Assembly: GCA_965645245.1 (NCBI GenBank)
Contig: OZ287068.1
Coordinates: 992,001-1,056,000 of the forward strand
Reading direction: 5' to 3'
DNA from: Massalongia carnosa
Taxonomy: Eukaryota
DNA: 64,000 nt
In this document: piece after piece, positions 63,184 through 64,000 of the stretch
How positions within the stretch are numbered: the stretch's first letter is position 1
Layout of the letters: each line of letters starts with the position of its first letter
The notes under the pieces: model-generated
The model's database searches: none
Told to the model about the DNA's origin: nothing
The model's input: the letters and a program-made list of their open reading frames with translations, nothing else
Program-made: the position numbers and the translations under genes

Positions 63184-63708
63184 TTATGTAGAGGTCATCC
63201 GCCTCCTCCAGTTTCGCAGCAGATCGAACGAGTTGGTGTAGCTTCGAAGCTCCAATTTTGCTTGGGCCGAAAGGCCGCTATTTTGCGACACTTTACTTTG
63301 CATCGAAGCAAGGGATGAGTGAGAGGACGAGGGTGTAAGGGTTCGTTGAACGTATGGCGGAGGGGGAGGATTCGCAGGGGTTTGGGTTTGGAAAGTGGAT
63401 GAGAAGTAGGATATCTCGTATGCAGATTGGGAAGGATGAGAATCTTGCAAAGCAGAATGCTTGTTTGATCTGTAGGCCGAGAAGTTGAACGCCGGCTGTA
63501 GATAGAATCCTGATCGGCTTGACCTGTTGGTGGAAGATGCCCAGAACGACGATTGCTCGAGGATGGCAGGGGAAGCCGGCTCGGAGCCGCAAGAAGATGT
63601 CTCAAGATCGGCGAGACGGCAGATCTGAGAGCAGTAAGGTCCGCCAGCGGTAATTTGCCGGTCACAAGAGAGACAATAATCTGGTGACCAGTTCGAGTCC
63701 ATCGTCAT
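63184..63708 (-). CDS. Ecl1/2/3-family (life-span regulator) zinc-binding protein
   Basis: WSPDYCLSCDRQI...YCSQICRLADLE four-Cys motif; Ser-rich tail RTLTPSSSHSSLAS; first in-frame ATG at 63708. Confidence 0.8.
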   Translation of the reverse strand: MTMDSNWSPDYCLSCDRQITAGGPYCSQICRLADLETSSCGSEPASPAILEQSSFWASSTNRSSRSGFYLQPAFNFSAYRSNKHSALQDSHPSQSAYEISYFSSTFQTQTPANPPPPPYVQRTLTPSSSHSSLASMQSKVSQNSGLSAQAKLELRSYTNSFDLLRNWRRRMTST

Positions 63709-64000
63709 TGATTGTGTTTCTGTTGTTGGAAGAGCGTGTTTTCGTGCTGAATGGATATGGTGGGGAACGACGACTATATATGCTTTGGGCCAAGGCTGAA
63801 TAATGCGAGATAAATACCAATAATGCGGTGAATTTTGGTGGTAGTGAGGCTCGGTATGAATATCTAAGGAAGGTGGAGGTGAGCAAGACAATGTCTTGAG
63901 CCAACAATATAAGGTATGGTGGAGAGGATCACCAATTTGGCGGACGAAGACGAGTGTTGAGATGAATGATAGAATTGATGTTGTCGTTCATTCTTCTCTT

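Overview
Eukaryotic, intron-rich DNA from a filamentous ascomycete (Pezizomycotina). This is inferred from the short GT-AG introns with CTRAY branch points and from the gene repertoire; the species cannot be fixed from sequence alone. The window opens inside a PIF/Harbinger DNA transposon: a DDE transposase and a convergent Myb/SANT-like partner gene, ending in a highly palindromic terminus near 2501. About 25 host genes follow: an SDR, mitochondrial thiolase, RAD6, carnitine carrier, RRN6-like factor, SPC25, CRM1, a SKG6-like membrane protein, a CCDC25/DUF814 protein, a second mitochondrial carrier, a DUF2293 protein, an LYR-like protein, COA1, MRPL9, NUC-2/PHO81, DAD2, shugoshin, an Ecl1-family protein and several conserved hypotheticals. 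A decayed accessory island at ~22.9-26.8 kb holds a secreted DPBB-fold pseudogene and a 15-bp tandem array of PacC-type sites. The most striking observations are (i) an apparently obligatory single-nucleotide exon (G at 31661) in the CCDC25-like gene and (ii) an uncharacterised basic protein with TPX2-like motifs and a forkhead/MCB-rich promoter, next to a head-to-head DAD2/SGO1 pair. Also notable are (iii) the nested palindromic Harbinger end together with a single nonsense codon in its Myb partner, and (iv) three GC-AG introns and an intron-split start codon. Exon boundaries were derived by hand; family calls come from motif recognition, not database searches. No rRNA, tRNA or CRISPR array was seen.
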